29,639 nt of DNA from Candidatus Zixiibacteriota bacterium (lineage in GTDB: Bacteria > Zixibacteria > MSB-5A5 > UBA10806 > 4484-95): the NCBI GenBank assembly GCA_037441845.1, contig JBBIRK010000010.1, positions 1 to 29,639 on the forward strand. Reading direction: 5' to 3'. Below are positions 1 to 9,097 of the stretch, piece by piece. The notes under the pieces were generated by a model, which did not search any database, had not been told where the DNA came from, and saw nothing but the letters and a program-made list of their open reading frames with translations. The position numbers and the translations under genes were made by a program. Position 1 is the stretch's first letter. Every line of letters starts with the position of its first letter.

Positions 1-2
1 AG

Positions 3-1334
3 AAGGACCCGAATGTCACCAAGCTGATCGAGGACGCGGAGCAGACCGTTGCCCGGGAGGATTCTCAAGCTCGGGGTCATGGCCCGGTCCGAAGCCGAAT
101 CAAGGAGATGCTGGATGCCCGTTTGAGCGGTCACCACACGGCCATCGTCTGGCCGGCGAAGAGCCAGGACATCCCCGACGAGGACCCTCGCTTCCTCGTT
201 GCCTACCTGCCTCTTGAATTCGCCGCTGATGGCAAGGCGGAGCAGGAACGTCAGGCCAAGGAGCACCTGACCAAGTACGGAGATCGTCCCAGGCGTTTCC
301 GCAACGGGCTGGGACTCGCGATACCCGAGAAGAAACAAATCGAGGCACTGCGGCGCGCTGTTCGATACCTGCTTGCCATCGACCGCGTGGAAGCCAAGAA
401 GCAGCAACTCCGGCTCACCAAGGACCAGCTTGATCAACTCCGGGAGAGGAAACGCACCGAGCAGGCTGCTGCTGAATCTTGCTTCCGGGAGCTTTACACG
501 GCTGTTTGGTTGCCTCGGGTTCAGGACGGCGAGTTGGAAATAGAGAAAGTGGAACGGGGCGGGCGACCACTTCAGGCGACCGGCGTCCACGAGCGCATTA
601 TGGAGCTGCTTACCAGTGTGGGGACGCCGCGCGTTCACGGATCGGTGACCCCGCGGAAAATTGCCGAGCGTGTGCGGCTCGGTGAGTCCTTAGTTGAAGG
701 AGAGCCGCCGCTCATGGGAATCAAGGCATCCGATATCCTTGAATCGTTTTTCCGGGATATTGCGCCGCCCCGGTTGGAATCCGCATCCGTCCTGCGCAAG
801 GGGATCGCTCGCGGTGTATCGGAAGGCGTCTTCGCATACGTCAGTGGAGGTAGCCCTGTTCTTGGTCCTGACGGAAGATACCAGGTAAATCGCGACAAGG
901 TGATTCTCGGTCGTTCCATTGCCGAAGACGAAGTCGATTTCGATTCCGGCTTTCTTATGATGCCCGCAGCAGTCCCGGAAGCCCCGGCGGTCCAACCCGC
1001 AGGCGCTTTCCCCGTCGATACAGGCGCAGTTTCCCCAACGAGCGTACATGAGGGCCCGGCCGGAATTGCTGTGGGAACCGGTACTGGACCAGTCACGACG
1101 GGCACGGATGCCGCCGGTCGGAAGAAGCGGGTCGCTTTTGCCTTCGAAGCCACCAGAGAACAGGTCTTCAGGGCGTTCCCGGCCATCGCGAACCTGGCCG
1201 ACAAATCCGACGGAGCGAGAGTGCGAATCCGCATCGAGGGGTCATCGGCTGCCGGCTTCGATCCATCCTGGCTGCGCAATGCCGTGGACGAACCGCTCGA
1301 TGAAGCAGACATCGAGCGGACTGCGGAGGAATGA
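3..1334 (+). CDS. DUF499-family (AAA+-like) ATPase protein, C-terminal part; gene begins upstream of the window
   Basis: The frame of the 108..1334 ORF is open from base 3 (KDPNVTKLIEDAEQ...). Motifs resemble DUF499 C-terminal halves: 'PNVTKLI', 'WPAKSQDIPDEDP', 'PRRFRNGL', 'LRKGIARGVSEGVFAY', a P/A/G/T-rich linker and a terminal 'WLRNAVDEP' domain. The Walker motifs are not in the window. Confidence 0.75.
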   Translation, partial: KDPNVTKLIEDAEQTVAREDSQARGHGPVRSRIKEMLDARLSGHHTAIVWPAKSQDIPDEDPRFLVAYLPLEFAADGKAEQERQAKEHLTKYGDRPRRFRNGLGLAIPEKKQIEALRRAVRYLLAIDRVEAKKQQLRLTKDQLDQLRERKRTEQAAAESCFRELYTAVWLPRVQDGELEIEKVERGGRPLQATGVHERIMELLTSVGTPRVHGSVTPRKIAERVRLGESLVEGEPPLMGIKASDILESFFRDIAPPRLESASVLRKGIARGVSEGVFAYVSGGSPVLGPDGRYQVNRDKVILGRSIAEDEVDFDSGFLMMPAAVPEAPAVQPAGAFPVDTGAVSPTSVHEGPAGIAVGTGTGPVTTGTDAAGRKKRVAFAFEATREQVFRAFPAIANLADKSDGARVRIRIEGSSAAGFDPSWLRNAVDEPLDEADIERTAEE

Positions 1335-1350
1335 CAAAGAGAGGTGAACG

Positions 1351-2322
1351 ATGGCTCTTGCTAATGGTGAACGGACCTATCAATTCGAGGCATTGACGGA
1401 CTTGTGGACCGGGTCGGTCACACTTGAAGAAAAAAACGGTCAGATAAAGGAAAAAACCGGTCCGGAACGCCTCATCACTACAGGCCTGCTCGGCTCCATC
1501 CGCTGGTGGTTCGAGGTATTGGTCCGTGGTCTGGGAGGTAGTGCCTGCGATCCAACCAATACGAAAGGTGAAGACCGGAACCATTGTGTTGTTTGCGAAC
1601 TGTTCGGCTGCACAGGCTGGGCGCGGAAGTTCAGGTTTGAAGTCTTGGATGGGAAGGGCGATGTCAAGGCAGACCAGATCAAACAAGAAGAAACTTTCAG
1701 TCTTTGCTTCACACCCCTCCGTCCGATCCGCGTTGAAGAGTGGACACTCTTGAAGGCCACCCTTCGCCTGATCGCTGACTATGGGGCCATCGGCGGAAAG
1801 ACGGTATTCAAGCCAACGGACGAATCCAGCCTGGCAAGCAAGCTGCACCACAAAGACTATGGCCTGGTGCGGATGGTAACGTCTCCGCAATTCGATGAAA
1901 CAAGTCGTGATGATCTGAAAAAATATCTGTCCAATAGGGGGAAGCTCAATCACGATGAGTTCGCCTGGGCTTCCTTGCAGCACTTCTGGTGCGTGAATGG
2001 AAAGTATCTTGCGCGTCAAGACAACGACAACAGCACTTTCAACCAGGTGCTCGGACGTCAGGAGGCAAAAAACCAAAGACAACAGTTGGCCACCCTCAAC
2101 GACGGAATAGCCAAATGGCTTGCCGGTTCACAAGAGGAGAGCAAGAAGGTGTTCAGCTTCAAGAATCCCGCGAGGACCTTTGGCTTCGTGAAACCCGAAC
2201 TGATCGATTTCAACGCCATGAAGCAACGTCTGGCGAATGCTTGGGGACAGAACGGCTGGGATTTCCTCACCGGTGACGAGATCATTGGCCAGCTATTCGC
2301 CGGGAAGGAGGGCCGCTCATGA
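1351..2322 (+). CDS. cmr1: Type III CRISPR RAMP Cmr1 (Cas7 group)
   Basis: 'LTDLWTG', 'TGLLGSIRWWFEVLVRGLGGSACDPT...CVVCELFGCTGWARKFRF' and G-rich loop 'YGAIGGKT'; RBS GAGGTG upstream. Confidence 0.9.
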   Translation: MALANGERTYQFEALTDLWTGSVTLEEKNGQIKEKTGPERLITTGLLGSIRWWFEVLVRGLGGSACDPTNTKGEDRNHCVVCELFGCTGWARKFRFEVLDGKGDVKADQIKQEETFSLCFTPLRPIRVEEWTLLKATLRLIADYGAIGGKTVFKPTDESSLASKLHHKDYGLVRMVTSPQFDETSRDDLKKYLSNRGKLNHDEFAWASLQHFWCVNGKYLARQDNDNSTFNQVLGRQEAKNQRQQLATLNDGIAKWLAGSQEESKKVFSFKNPARTFGFVKPELIDFNAMKQRLANAWGQNGWDFLTGDEIIGQLFAGKEGRS

Positions 2323-3326
2323 GTTTCGATTATTACGCCTCGCTGGCCGAAATGAAAGCCTGCCCGAAACAGGTGAACGAAGGCGGACTTGCTTCAGGCT
2401 TTGGGGATCGATGCGTGGTCTGGTCCTGTCGTGACAGGGAGAAGAACAATGCGCGTCAATGCTACATGAAACGGGCGGCTGAACTGGAACTCAATCTCCC
2501 TCCGGACCTTCACCTTGAGCGGGATCATGCTTCCCTGCCGGATTCGACCTGGTTCGGCATCGATGTATCCTTCACCCTGAAATCGCCCTGGTACTCGAAG
2601 GACGACCGCCCCTTTCACGTGCTGGATAACCCGGTTCGCAAGGATCGGGTCTTCGGAGTGCCGTTCATGTCAGCGGCTTCCTGGAAGGGACTTCTTCGCT
2701 GGGCCTGTCGGATGCAGGCCGGCTTATCCAAGCATCTTGAAAATCACGATATGAAAATGGACGGCTGGAAGGACCCTGCCTGGATTCTCCATCTTTTCGG
2801 CAACGAAAAAGGAGAAGCTGAACGATTCAGGGCGGGGAGCCTCATTTTTTTCCCGACTTGGTTCAACAAAATCGGCTTCGAAGTGATCAATCCCCACAAA
2901 CGTGCCCGCCGGGCCGGGACTCAGCCCATTTACTACGAGGTCGTTCCGGCCGGGACGACAGGGAGGCTACAGCTACTTTATGCGCCCCTGCCGGGGGAAA
3001 TCGAACGCGATAAAGTCACGCCCAGCGATTTTATCGACAGCTTCGTCGACAGCATAAAAGCACTTCTCGAAACGTATGGCTTCTCCGCCAAACGCACCGC
3101 CGGGTGGGGCACTGCTCGAATCAGTACCTGGAAAGGAATGTTGAAGGCCTCCACGCAACCTCCAAAGGCTGAACTGCGATCCACTAAAAAGACTCTCCAC
3201 AGCCTTCAGGACCTTGGCACTTTGGTAAGTGAGCAGAGCCAACCTGGTTCCTTCACTTCAGAGGATGCGGAAGGTTTCAAAGCGGAGATGAAAAGACGAA
3301 TTGCCCGGAAGGGAGGTGACCAATGA
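2319..3326 (+). CDS. cmr6: Type III-C RAMP Cmr6 (Cas7 group)
   Basis: 'SKDDRPFHVLDNPVRKDRVFGVPFMSAASWKGLLRW', 'HLFGNEK', 'EVINPH', 'PIYYEVVPAG' and G-loop 'GFSAKRTAGWG'; ATGA overlap with cmr1; position matches III-C gene order. Confidence 0.85.
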   Translation: MSFDYYASLAEMKACPKQVNEGGLASGFGDRCVVWSCRDREKNNARQCYMKRAAELELNLPPDLHLERDHASLPDSTWFGIDVSFTLKSPWYSKDDRPFHVLDNPVRKDRVFGVPFMSAASWKGLLRWACRMQAGLSKHLENHDMKMDGWKDPAWILHLFGNEKGEAERFRAGSLIFFPTWFNKIGFEVINPHKRARRAGTQPIYYEVVPAGTTGRLQLLYAPLPGEIERDKVTPSDFIDSFVDSIKALLETYGFSAKRTAGWGTARISTWKGMLKASTQPPKAELRSTKKTLHSLQDLGTLVSEQSQPGSFTSEDAEGFKAEMKRRIARKGGDQ

Positions 3327-6300
3327 CGGGATTTCAACTTCTGGACACATTGCGGCAACATCGCCCTATGCTTTTGGCGTGTGAGGCAATCGGCTGGCTT
3401 CATATGACCGGCAAGGCAAAGATCGAGTTCCTGCGGAATCACGGCGGGCAAAAAAGCGACTACGAATATGAAAAGTGGGATGAATTAGAAAGCCCTGCTT
3501 TCCCATGGGATGATCACTTTAAGTGGGTGAAAGACAAATTCGCGTTGGATACAAAAGCCTGGCCTGCCACTCTCACGGACTTTATCAGGAAGCATACCCA
3601 AAGAGACGAAGGGTTGCTCGGCCTGCTCCAGGCCGGTCACGCCATGGCGTCGGGTATCGAAAAGAATCTGCCATCAGCCACCTCTATGTATCTTGGCCAG
3701 GATGTCACCCACATGTGGTTGTCCACGGCCTTCGGCCACCCTGTCCGAAATCTGTTAGCCGACCCTCCTGAATTGCTTACTGAATCTGGCTGGAAACGCC
3801 TCCTTGAGCAAATTGAGCAGCTCCTCACCGTGCTGAAGCAGCTTGGCGACAACAGTTCCCCAAACGACATTTATGGCTGGTGGCGTTGGCGCGATGCCAC
3901 GGTTGGCCCTGATGGATGGCTGCGCAAGGCTTTTACCAGCATCCTGGCCGAAACCAGATTGCCGAACAACGACGTCACGCTCTTTGACCAATCCTATGTC
4001 GCGGCCGCCTTGTTCAAAAGCGCCGCGGCCGGGGCGATTCTGGAAGGCAGTTCGTTTCCCTGGTCCGGAAATGGACTCAAACAACAGACCCGTTGGCGGC
4101 TCTTAACCATCGGGATCGGGGCGGACCACTACGAAGCCCGGGCGGTGAAGATCGGTGACTGGACCGGGGCGCGGCTGGCGCTGGACGAGTTTTTTACCAG
4201 AGTCCGTAAACTTGTTGAAGTCGACTTGGCTACAGGTGCTTTACTGTACGCGGACGGAGATGCCTGTGTCTTTTCGTTCCCAGGAGAGCGATTCGATCAC
4301 GGCAAACAAGGGTATCTGGGTGGTGATTTACAGATCGCAGCTTGGCGAAGCTGGCTGACGGAGCAGATTGACAGTTATGCTCGCGATGCCAACCTCGAGA
4401 CGCCCCCTTATTGCAGCATCAGCGAGCCTTCCCGATCTCTTGTGCGGATGACGGAGGAAATCCGGAAGGCGCGGGAAACGATGGCCGTGCCGCTCTTTCG
4501 CAATTGGCAAATTCCCGGGCAGGATTCACCGGATGGCCATGTTTGTCCGGTATGTCTTGTGCGTGGAAGCCGCTCAGGGACAGACAAGCAAAGGCCTTGC
4601 GACCCGTGTAAGGCTCGGCGGACTCATCGCCTGGACAATTGGTTGGACGGGGAGTTCGGCCCAGACTCCATCTGGATCAGCGAGGTGGCCGATGCAAATG
4701 ACCGCGTCGCCCTCGTCACGATGAGCCTAGACATCGAGCCCTGGCTTGACGGAACCCGGCTGGATGCGCTCAGGACGCAGGCCATTCCGGAATGGCGCAA
4801 ATTCAATCCTGTCTTGAAAAACCAGCCAGACCCCATCGATCCCTCCACCTGTTTCGGCAGCCTCTTTAAGCACATCAAAGGAAAACTCCGTTCCTTTGAC
4901 AAGGCAGACCCCGTGCTGAGCAACCTTCAGGAGGGGTACCAGCACGAGACAGGTTGGCCGTCGTTCTTCTCCAAAATCGTCGAGGACCGAACCGACTCAC
5001 CCCAATGGGACGCCATCGACGAGAACGCACGCGCTGGATGGCTCGCTCATCAATTGTTCCGTAAGCTCGCCTCACCTGGTCGCATCTATCGCTTTGAAAG
5101 GCAGGCCGAGGATTTCTTCAAAACGTTGCTTGCTGAATTCCGCGACATAGCGGCCGCGGACCAGAACCGCTGGCGCGTGCACCGTTTGGTTATCAGGCCG
5201 GATAACGGTTCTTCCGGTTCGTGGGAAGACCGGCAGACCTATGGCGGACGTTATGAGGACGCTCCCGTAAGCCTGTTGTATCGGGAACAAACAACGGACT
5301 TCCTCACCATCTGCAACCTGGCTCGACTTCTGAAACCCGAGCAAGACAAGGATTGCCTGCGCGGAATCACTCTGGAGTTGAAAGCTGACGATAGTGTGAA
5401 CGCCAAACGACTTGTGGTGCATTCGACAGCGGATGCTGCTGGCGCTCTGGGCGTTTATCATCCGGTGATCCCTCTCGATCTTTCCCCGGTGCGCTTTCGG
5501 GTCCTTCTGCCGCTTGAAGCCGCCTCCGAGTGCGTAGATCGAGCGATAGAAAGATGGAAGGAGCAATTCGCTCGTGTCTGGGACCGGCTGCCGCTTCGGA
5601 TCGGCGTCGTGGCCTTTCCCAGGATGACGCCGTTTCAGGCCGTGATAGAAGCGGCGCGGAACATCGAGGGTGATCTGGATGGGATTAAGAAGCCTGAAAC
5701 CTGGCGGGTGGCGGCATGCGAAACGCGGGAGGGCGTCACCGCTCTCAGCATCAAGTCGCTAGATCATCGGCAAGAGCTTCTTCAAACCATACCCATCAGA
5801 CTCCCCGATGGACGGGAAGACGTATTTTATCCGTACCTTGACGTGGAAGATAGACAGGTTCGCTTTCCTCTGGATTTCCGACATCCCGACGGCCGGGTTT
5901 TCAGGCACGTGAAAGACTTGCGAGGCGGGGACGGTATTTTCGTTTATCCCTCGCTTATTTCCACTCTCTTCATGGACAGCACGGCCAGGCGTTTCGAACC
6001 GTTGTGTCGCAGACAGCTAACGGAATGGCTACGGATGAAAGATCTCTGGAAGCTGATGGGCCGGCATGCACCAAGCCATACCGCGCTCCGCGGCGCATGG
6101 TCGGAAATTGTCGAGCGGCGCGAGGCTTGGCAAGGGCCGGACGGAACATGGTACGAGGGAGGAAAGACGGCATGGCTCGATTTCGCACGTGCAGTGTTCC
6201 ATGAACGTCTTGGTGTTCGAGGCGCTTGCCTTGAGACGTTGGTGGAAGCCGCTGGGGACGGACTCCTGGACTGGAGTCTGGAATGGCACATGAGCGTATT

Positions 6301-6331
6301 AAAAAAGCAAGTGTCCGGAGGTGACCGATGA
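3323..6331 (+). CDS. cas10: Type III-C Cas10 (Csx11-type large subunit) with degenerate HD and no GGDD
   Basis: 1002 aa. Csx11-like motifs 'AETRLPNNDVTLFDQSY', Zn finger 'CPVC...CDPC', 'IWISEVADANDRVAL', 'RLPLRIGVVAFPRMTP' and 'DVFYPY'. The N-terminal 'WLHMTGK' occupies the usual LHDxGK position. No GGDD in the translation. Confidence 0.9.
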   Translation: MTGFQLLDTLRQHRPMLLACEAIGWLHMTGKAKIEFLRNHGGQKSDYEYEKWDELESPAFPWDDHFKWVKDKFALDTKAWPATLTDFIRKHTQRDEGLLGLLQAGHAMASGIEKNLPSATSMYLGQDVTHMWLSTAFGHPVRNLLADPPELLTESGWKRLLEQIEQLLTVLKQLGDNSSPNDIYGWWRWRDATVGPDGWLRKAFTSILAETRLPNNDVTLFDQSYVAAALFKSAAAGAILEGSSFPWSGNGLKQQTRWRLLTIGIGADHYEARAVKIGDWTGARLALDEFFTRVRKLVEVDLATGALLYADGDACVFSFPGERFDHGKQGYLGGDLQIAAWRSWLTEQIDSYARDANLETPPYCSISEPSRSLVRMTEEIRKARETMAVPLFRNWQIPGQDSPDGHVCPVCLVRGSRSGTDKQRPCDPCKARRTHRLDNWLDGEFGPDSIWISEVADANDRVALVTMSLDIEPWLDGTRLDALRTQAIPEWRKFNPVLKNQPDPIDPSTCFGSLFKHIKGKLRSFDKADPVLSNLQEGYQHETGWPSFFSKIVEDRTDSPQWDAIDENARAGWLAHQLFRKLASPGRIYRFERQAEDFFKTLLAEFRDIAAADQNRWRVHRLVIRPDNGSSGSWEDRQTYGGRYEDAPVSLLYREQTTDFLTICNLARLLKPEQDKDCLRGITLELKADDSVNAKRLVVHSTADAAGALGVYHPVIPLDLSPVRFRVLLPLEAASECVDRAIERWKEQFARVWDRLPLRIGVVAFPRMTPFQAVIEAARNIEGDLDGIKKPETWRVAACETREGVTALSIKSLDHRQELLQTIPIRLPDGREDVFYPYLDVEDRQVRFPLDFRHPDGRVFRHVKDLRGGDGIFVYPSLISTLFMDSTARRFEPLCRRQLTEWLRMKDLWKLMGRHAPSHTALRGAWSEIVERREAWQGPDGTWYEGGKTAWLDFARAVFHERLGVRGACLETLVEAAGDGLLDWSLEWHMSVLKKQVSGGDR

Positions 6332-7311
6332 CAACAAATAATCAAGGTTTTGTGACATTTCGATTTGCCGGAATGGCGCTCGATCCCATCCATGTCGGTA
6401 CAGGCGGAACTCGGCTGGGCCGGGTGGACAACACCATAGTGCGCGATCCGGTCACGCGGATACCGAAGGTTCCGGGTTCGAGCATCGCGGGAGTCATGCG
6501 AGCCTACACGGCCATGGCAAAGGGGAAATACCCCAACTGCGCTGGTCTTGGTCAGCCAGAGCGCGAAGGTGCAGGTGGTCATTGCGGAAAGGCCGATTGT
6601 CCTGTGTGCACCGTGTTCGGCTTTGCCAAAGGCATAGGCTCAAGTGGCGGGTTCGCGGGACTGGCTGCATTCAGTGATATGCATGTGCTGATCTTTCCCG
6701 TGGCATCGCAATTGGGGCCGCAATGGATTACGTGTCCGATGGCATTGCGGCAAACCAGCATCGCGGAATTCTCAGAACTGGGTGACCTGCCTGAGCAGCA
6801 GGTCGTTTACCGCAAAGCGGACGGGGCGGCGGCTCAGCCATCGTTAAATATCGGCTGGCTTCTTCTGCCGGTCAAGACGGATTGGCAGCCACTGAGCAAA
6901 ATTGCTCAAAATATCGAAGAGCTGGGGATCCCGGGTTACGTCATCAGCCGCCTGGGTGTCGTTTCGGACAAGCTGTTCACCCATATCGTGAACAGCAACC
7001 TCGAAGTACGAACCTCGGTCGCCATCGATCCGGCCACCGGCGCCGCCGAGGAAGGGGCGCTGTTTACCTATGAGGCCCTGCCTCGAGGCACGGTGCTTTT
7101 CTGGGAGGTTACCTGCCGAAATCCAAGACACTTTAAGATCAATCAAGATGATGTGAAGGCGGTCGACTCACCGGAGAAAGTCAAAAATGTTGTCACTGAT
7201 GCCCATTCTTATCTGGAACATCTCGGCATCGGCGGCATGGGGAGCCGGGGCATGGGACGGCTGCGTGTGCTGAAACAGAATACGGATAAGCCAGGAAAGG
7301 AGAACTCGTAA
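6328..7311 (+). CDS. cmr4: Type III RAMP Cmr4 (Cas7 backbone, target RNase)
   Basis: 'DPIHVGTGG..LGRVDNTIVRDP..PKVPGSSIAG', 'VRTSVAIDPATGAAEEGALFTYEALP' and G-loop 'LGIGGMGSRGMGR'. Confidence 0.92.
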   Translation: MTTNNQGFVTFRFAGMALDPIHVGTGGTRLGRVDNTIVRDPVTRIPKVPGSSIAGVMRAYTAMAKGKYPNCAGLGQPEREGAGGHCGKADCPVCTVFGFAKGIGSSGGFAGLAAFSDMHVLIFPVASQLGPQWITCPMALRQTSIAEFSELGDLPEQQVVYRKADGAAAQPSLNIGWLLLPVKTDWQPLSKIAQNIEELGIPGYVISRLGVVSDKLFTHIVNSNLEVRTSVAIDPATGAAEEGALFTYEALPRGTVLFWEVTCRNPRHFKINQDDVKAVDSPEKVKNVVTDAHSYLEHLGIGGMGSRGMGRLRVLKQNTDKPGKENS

Positions 7312-7697
7312 TGGACGGCCCAAACTTCGAAAACCTGGACCTTGTTTGTGCCAAGGTGGGCAAGACCATCGCGGAGAGGCCATCAAAGGAGCTTGAGAAC
7401 CTCGTTACGAGCGCGCTCGCTGTTCTGGAAGAGCAAGGAATTTATGCTCTGTTTCTTTTTCTAAAAACGCGAGGCGGCAGTGGGGCCGAAAATGTCAACC
7501 AGAAGATTTATGAGTTCCTGAAAGTGACGCCACAGCAGGCCCCTTTACTTTCTGACAATGCTGACGTCTTTACCTCGCTTCAGCAGATGGCCAAGGACCT
7601 TGACAAGCTACTGTTGGCCCGTGACCTGGTCCGGCAAGCACTTGTTTATGCCCGCTATCATGCGCGTGCGCCGCAAGAAAGTGAGACGCAAACATGA
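7311..7697 (+). CDS. cmr5: Type III small subunit Cmr5 (Cas11)
   Basis: 128 aa, helical-looking; 'NLD..CAK', 'ALAVLEEQGIYALFLFL', 'LLLARDLVRQALVYARYHA'; lies between cmr4 and the Cas5-group gene with TAATG and ATGA overlaps. Confidence 0.8.
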   Translation: MDGPNFENLDLVCAKVGKTIAERPSKELENLVTSALAVLEEQGIYALFLFLKTRGGSGAENVNQKIYEFLKVTPQQAPLLSDNADVFTSLQQMAKDLDKLLLARDLVRQALVYARYHARAPQESETQT

Positions 7698-8575
7698 CCT
7701 GGACTGCATATCGATGGATCTGGCGATTGGAGGCGCCGCTTTTCGTGGGCATGCCTCCGGCAGGGGCGTTGAGCCGTTGCCGGCTATATCTTCCGGCCCG
7801 AGCCATGCATGGCGCAGTAACTTCTGAATTGGCGCGATTAAACGGAGAAGAGAAGTCTAAATTCCCGGATTATGGAAAATTCGGCAAAGAAGTCGGCGAT
7901 AACTGTCGTTTCACCTATCTTTTTCCGGCCGAGAAACGGGGAGAAGAGTTCCTTGCGTGGAAACCGAAGTTCGAAAGTGGCGGAGGCCTCAAATGGTATA
8001 GTCATAGCGAGGAAAGTCTGTCGGATCGTGATTTCAGACGTCGTCTACTGGACTCCCGGCCCGGGACCGCAATCGCTCCCGAATCGGACTCTGCATCTGA
8101 AGGCACACTCCGGGAGACAGAATGCATCAATCCCTGGTGGCGTGATTCCAACTGTCAGGGGGAAACGAATGCCATGCTGATTTTAGGGTACGTCTTCTTG
8201 AGAAACAACGGCTTTCGCAGGCAGTTGGACAATATCGATACCCTCTTTGTCGGAGGCGACACCAGATACGGTCTTGGAAAAATATGCCGTGTGGGGTGGC
8301 ACGAGGTATCCGGTGACTTACCCGTCTTCGGGAAACCAGTTTATCTGGATAAAGAGCATCCCGAAATACAGAGCGACATCGTTTGGGGACATGCCTTAGA
8401 AGGTGGCCAGTCTCAAATCCAGGAAATGCAGGGAGCGAAAGAGCTTCTTGGCGGTTGGGACCTCAGTTTTCCTTGGAAAGGAGAGCTTGCGTGGGTTCCC
8501 GGATCCTCCCTAAAGGAGTCAGCGTCCTGGGCATTAGATAGCTATGGATTTTGGAGTCATAATAAAAAAAGTTAA
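7694..8575 (+). CDS. cmr3: Type III-C Cas5-group RAMP (Cmr3-like)
   Basis: 'WRLEAPLFVG...RLYLPARAMHGAVT', 'TAIAP..SASEGTLRETECI' and G-loop 'LFVGGDTRYGLG'; last gene of the canonical III-C order. Confidence 0.8.
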   Translation: MTWTAYRWIWRLEAPLFVGMPPAGALSRCRLYLPARAMHGAVTSELARLNGEEKSKFPDYGKFGKEVGDNCRFTYLFPAEKRGEEFLAWKPKFESGGGLKWYSHSEESLSDRDFRRRLLDSRPGTAIAPESDSASEGTLRETECINPWWRDSNCQGETNAMLILGYVFLRNNGFRRQLDNIDTLFVGGDTRYGLGKICRVGWHEVSGDLPVFGKPVYLDKEHPEIQSDIVWGHALEGGQSQIQEMQGAKELLGGWDLSFPWKGELAWVPGSSLKESASWALDSYGFWSHNKKS

Positions 8576-9097
8576 AAGGAAAGCGAGAAAGCCGAACATT
8601 TCAAACACATTTTCCCGTCACTAACCGGTTCACCGCCCGACTGGTACGAAGCAAGCGGACCAGAGATTAATGGAGGTTGCGTTCTTATCAGAGGTTTGCG
8701 AAGAGAATTGAGCATTGTTTGTTGATCTCTGATGCCAATAATTCGAAGTAAATTGAAATGGCTCATCTTCGTATCCATCATTTTCCGCGGTGCTTAGTTA
8801 GCGCAAGACCCCGTGGGGTGCTCCTTTTGGGGTCTCGTCGTTTCCGGCATGTCCACCCAAGCTTACATTCGCCCGCACATTTACCCTGATTCTCCGTTTC
8901 GAAGCCTGCAGGCCGGGGGCCGGGTGCAACCCTGTGGGTTACGGGCGCTCATCGAAAATATGCTTTTCGAATTCTCCCGTTCTTCGTTTTTCGAGTCGCG
9001 TGCTGCGGAATTCGCATGTACCAACATCGTTTAGGCATACAATACAACGCAACGCGCAATTCATTCGAAGCCGATGACATGAGTAATGATTAAACGC

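Larger units (their letters stand above)
1..9097. mobile_element. Possible genomic/defence island abutting the 3' end of tRNA-Glu (left end outside the window)
   Basis: An accessory defence block ends about 520 nt from the tRNA CCA end, and core genes begin immediately on the other side. No integrase or att duplication is visible in the window. Confidence 0.4.

Noticed and set aside
635..2082. Long minus-strand ORFs 635..1312 and 1168..2082
   Set aside because: Antisense shadows of the DUF499 and cmr1 genes with no family motifs.
1351..8575. Calling the module type III-B
   Set aside because: Gene order and the Csx11-type Cas10 without GGDD fit III-C.
8576..9097. CRISPR array expected after cmr3
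   Set aside because: No regularly spaced direct repeats; only a 7-nt CCCTGAT match to the 37-nt repeat near 8884, which is chance level.
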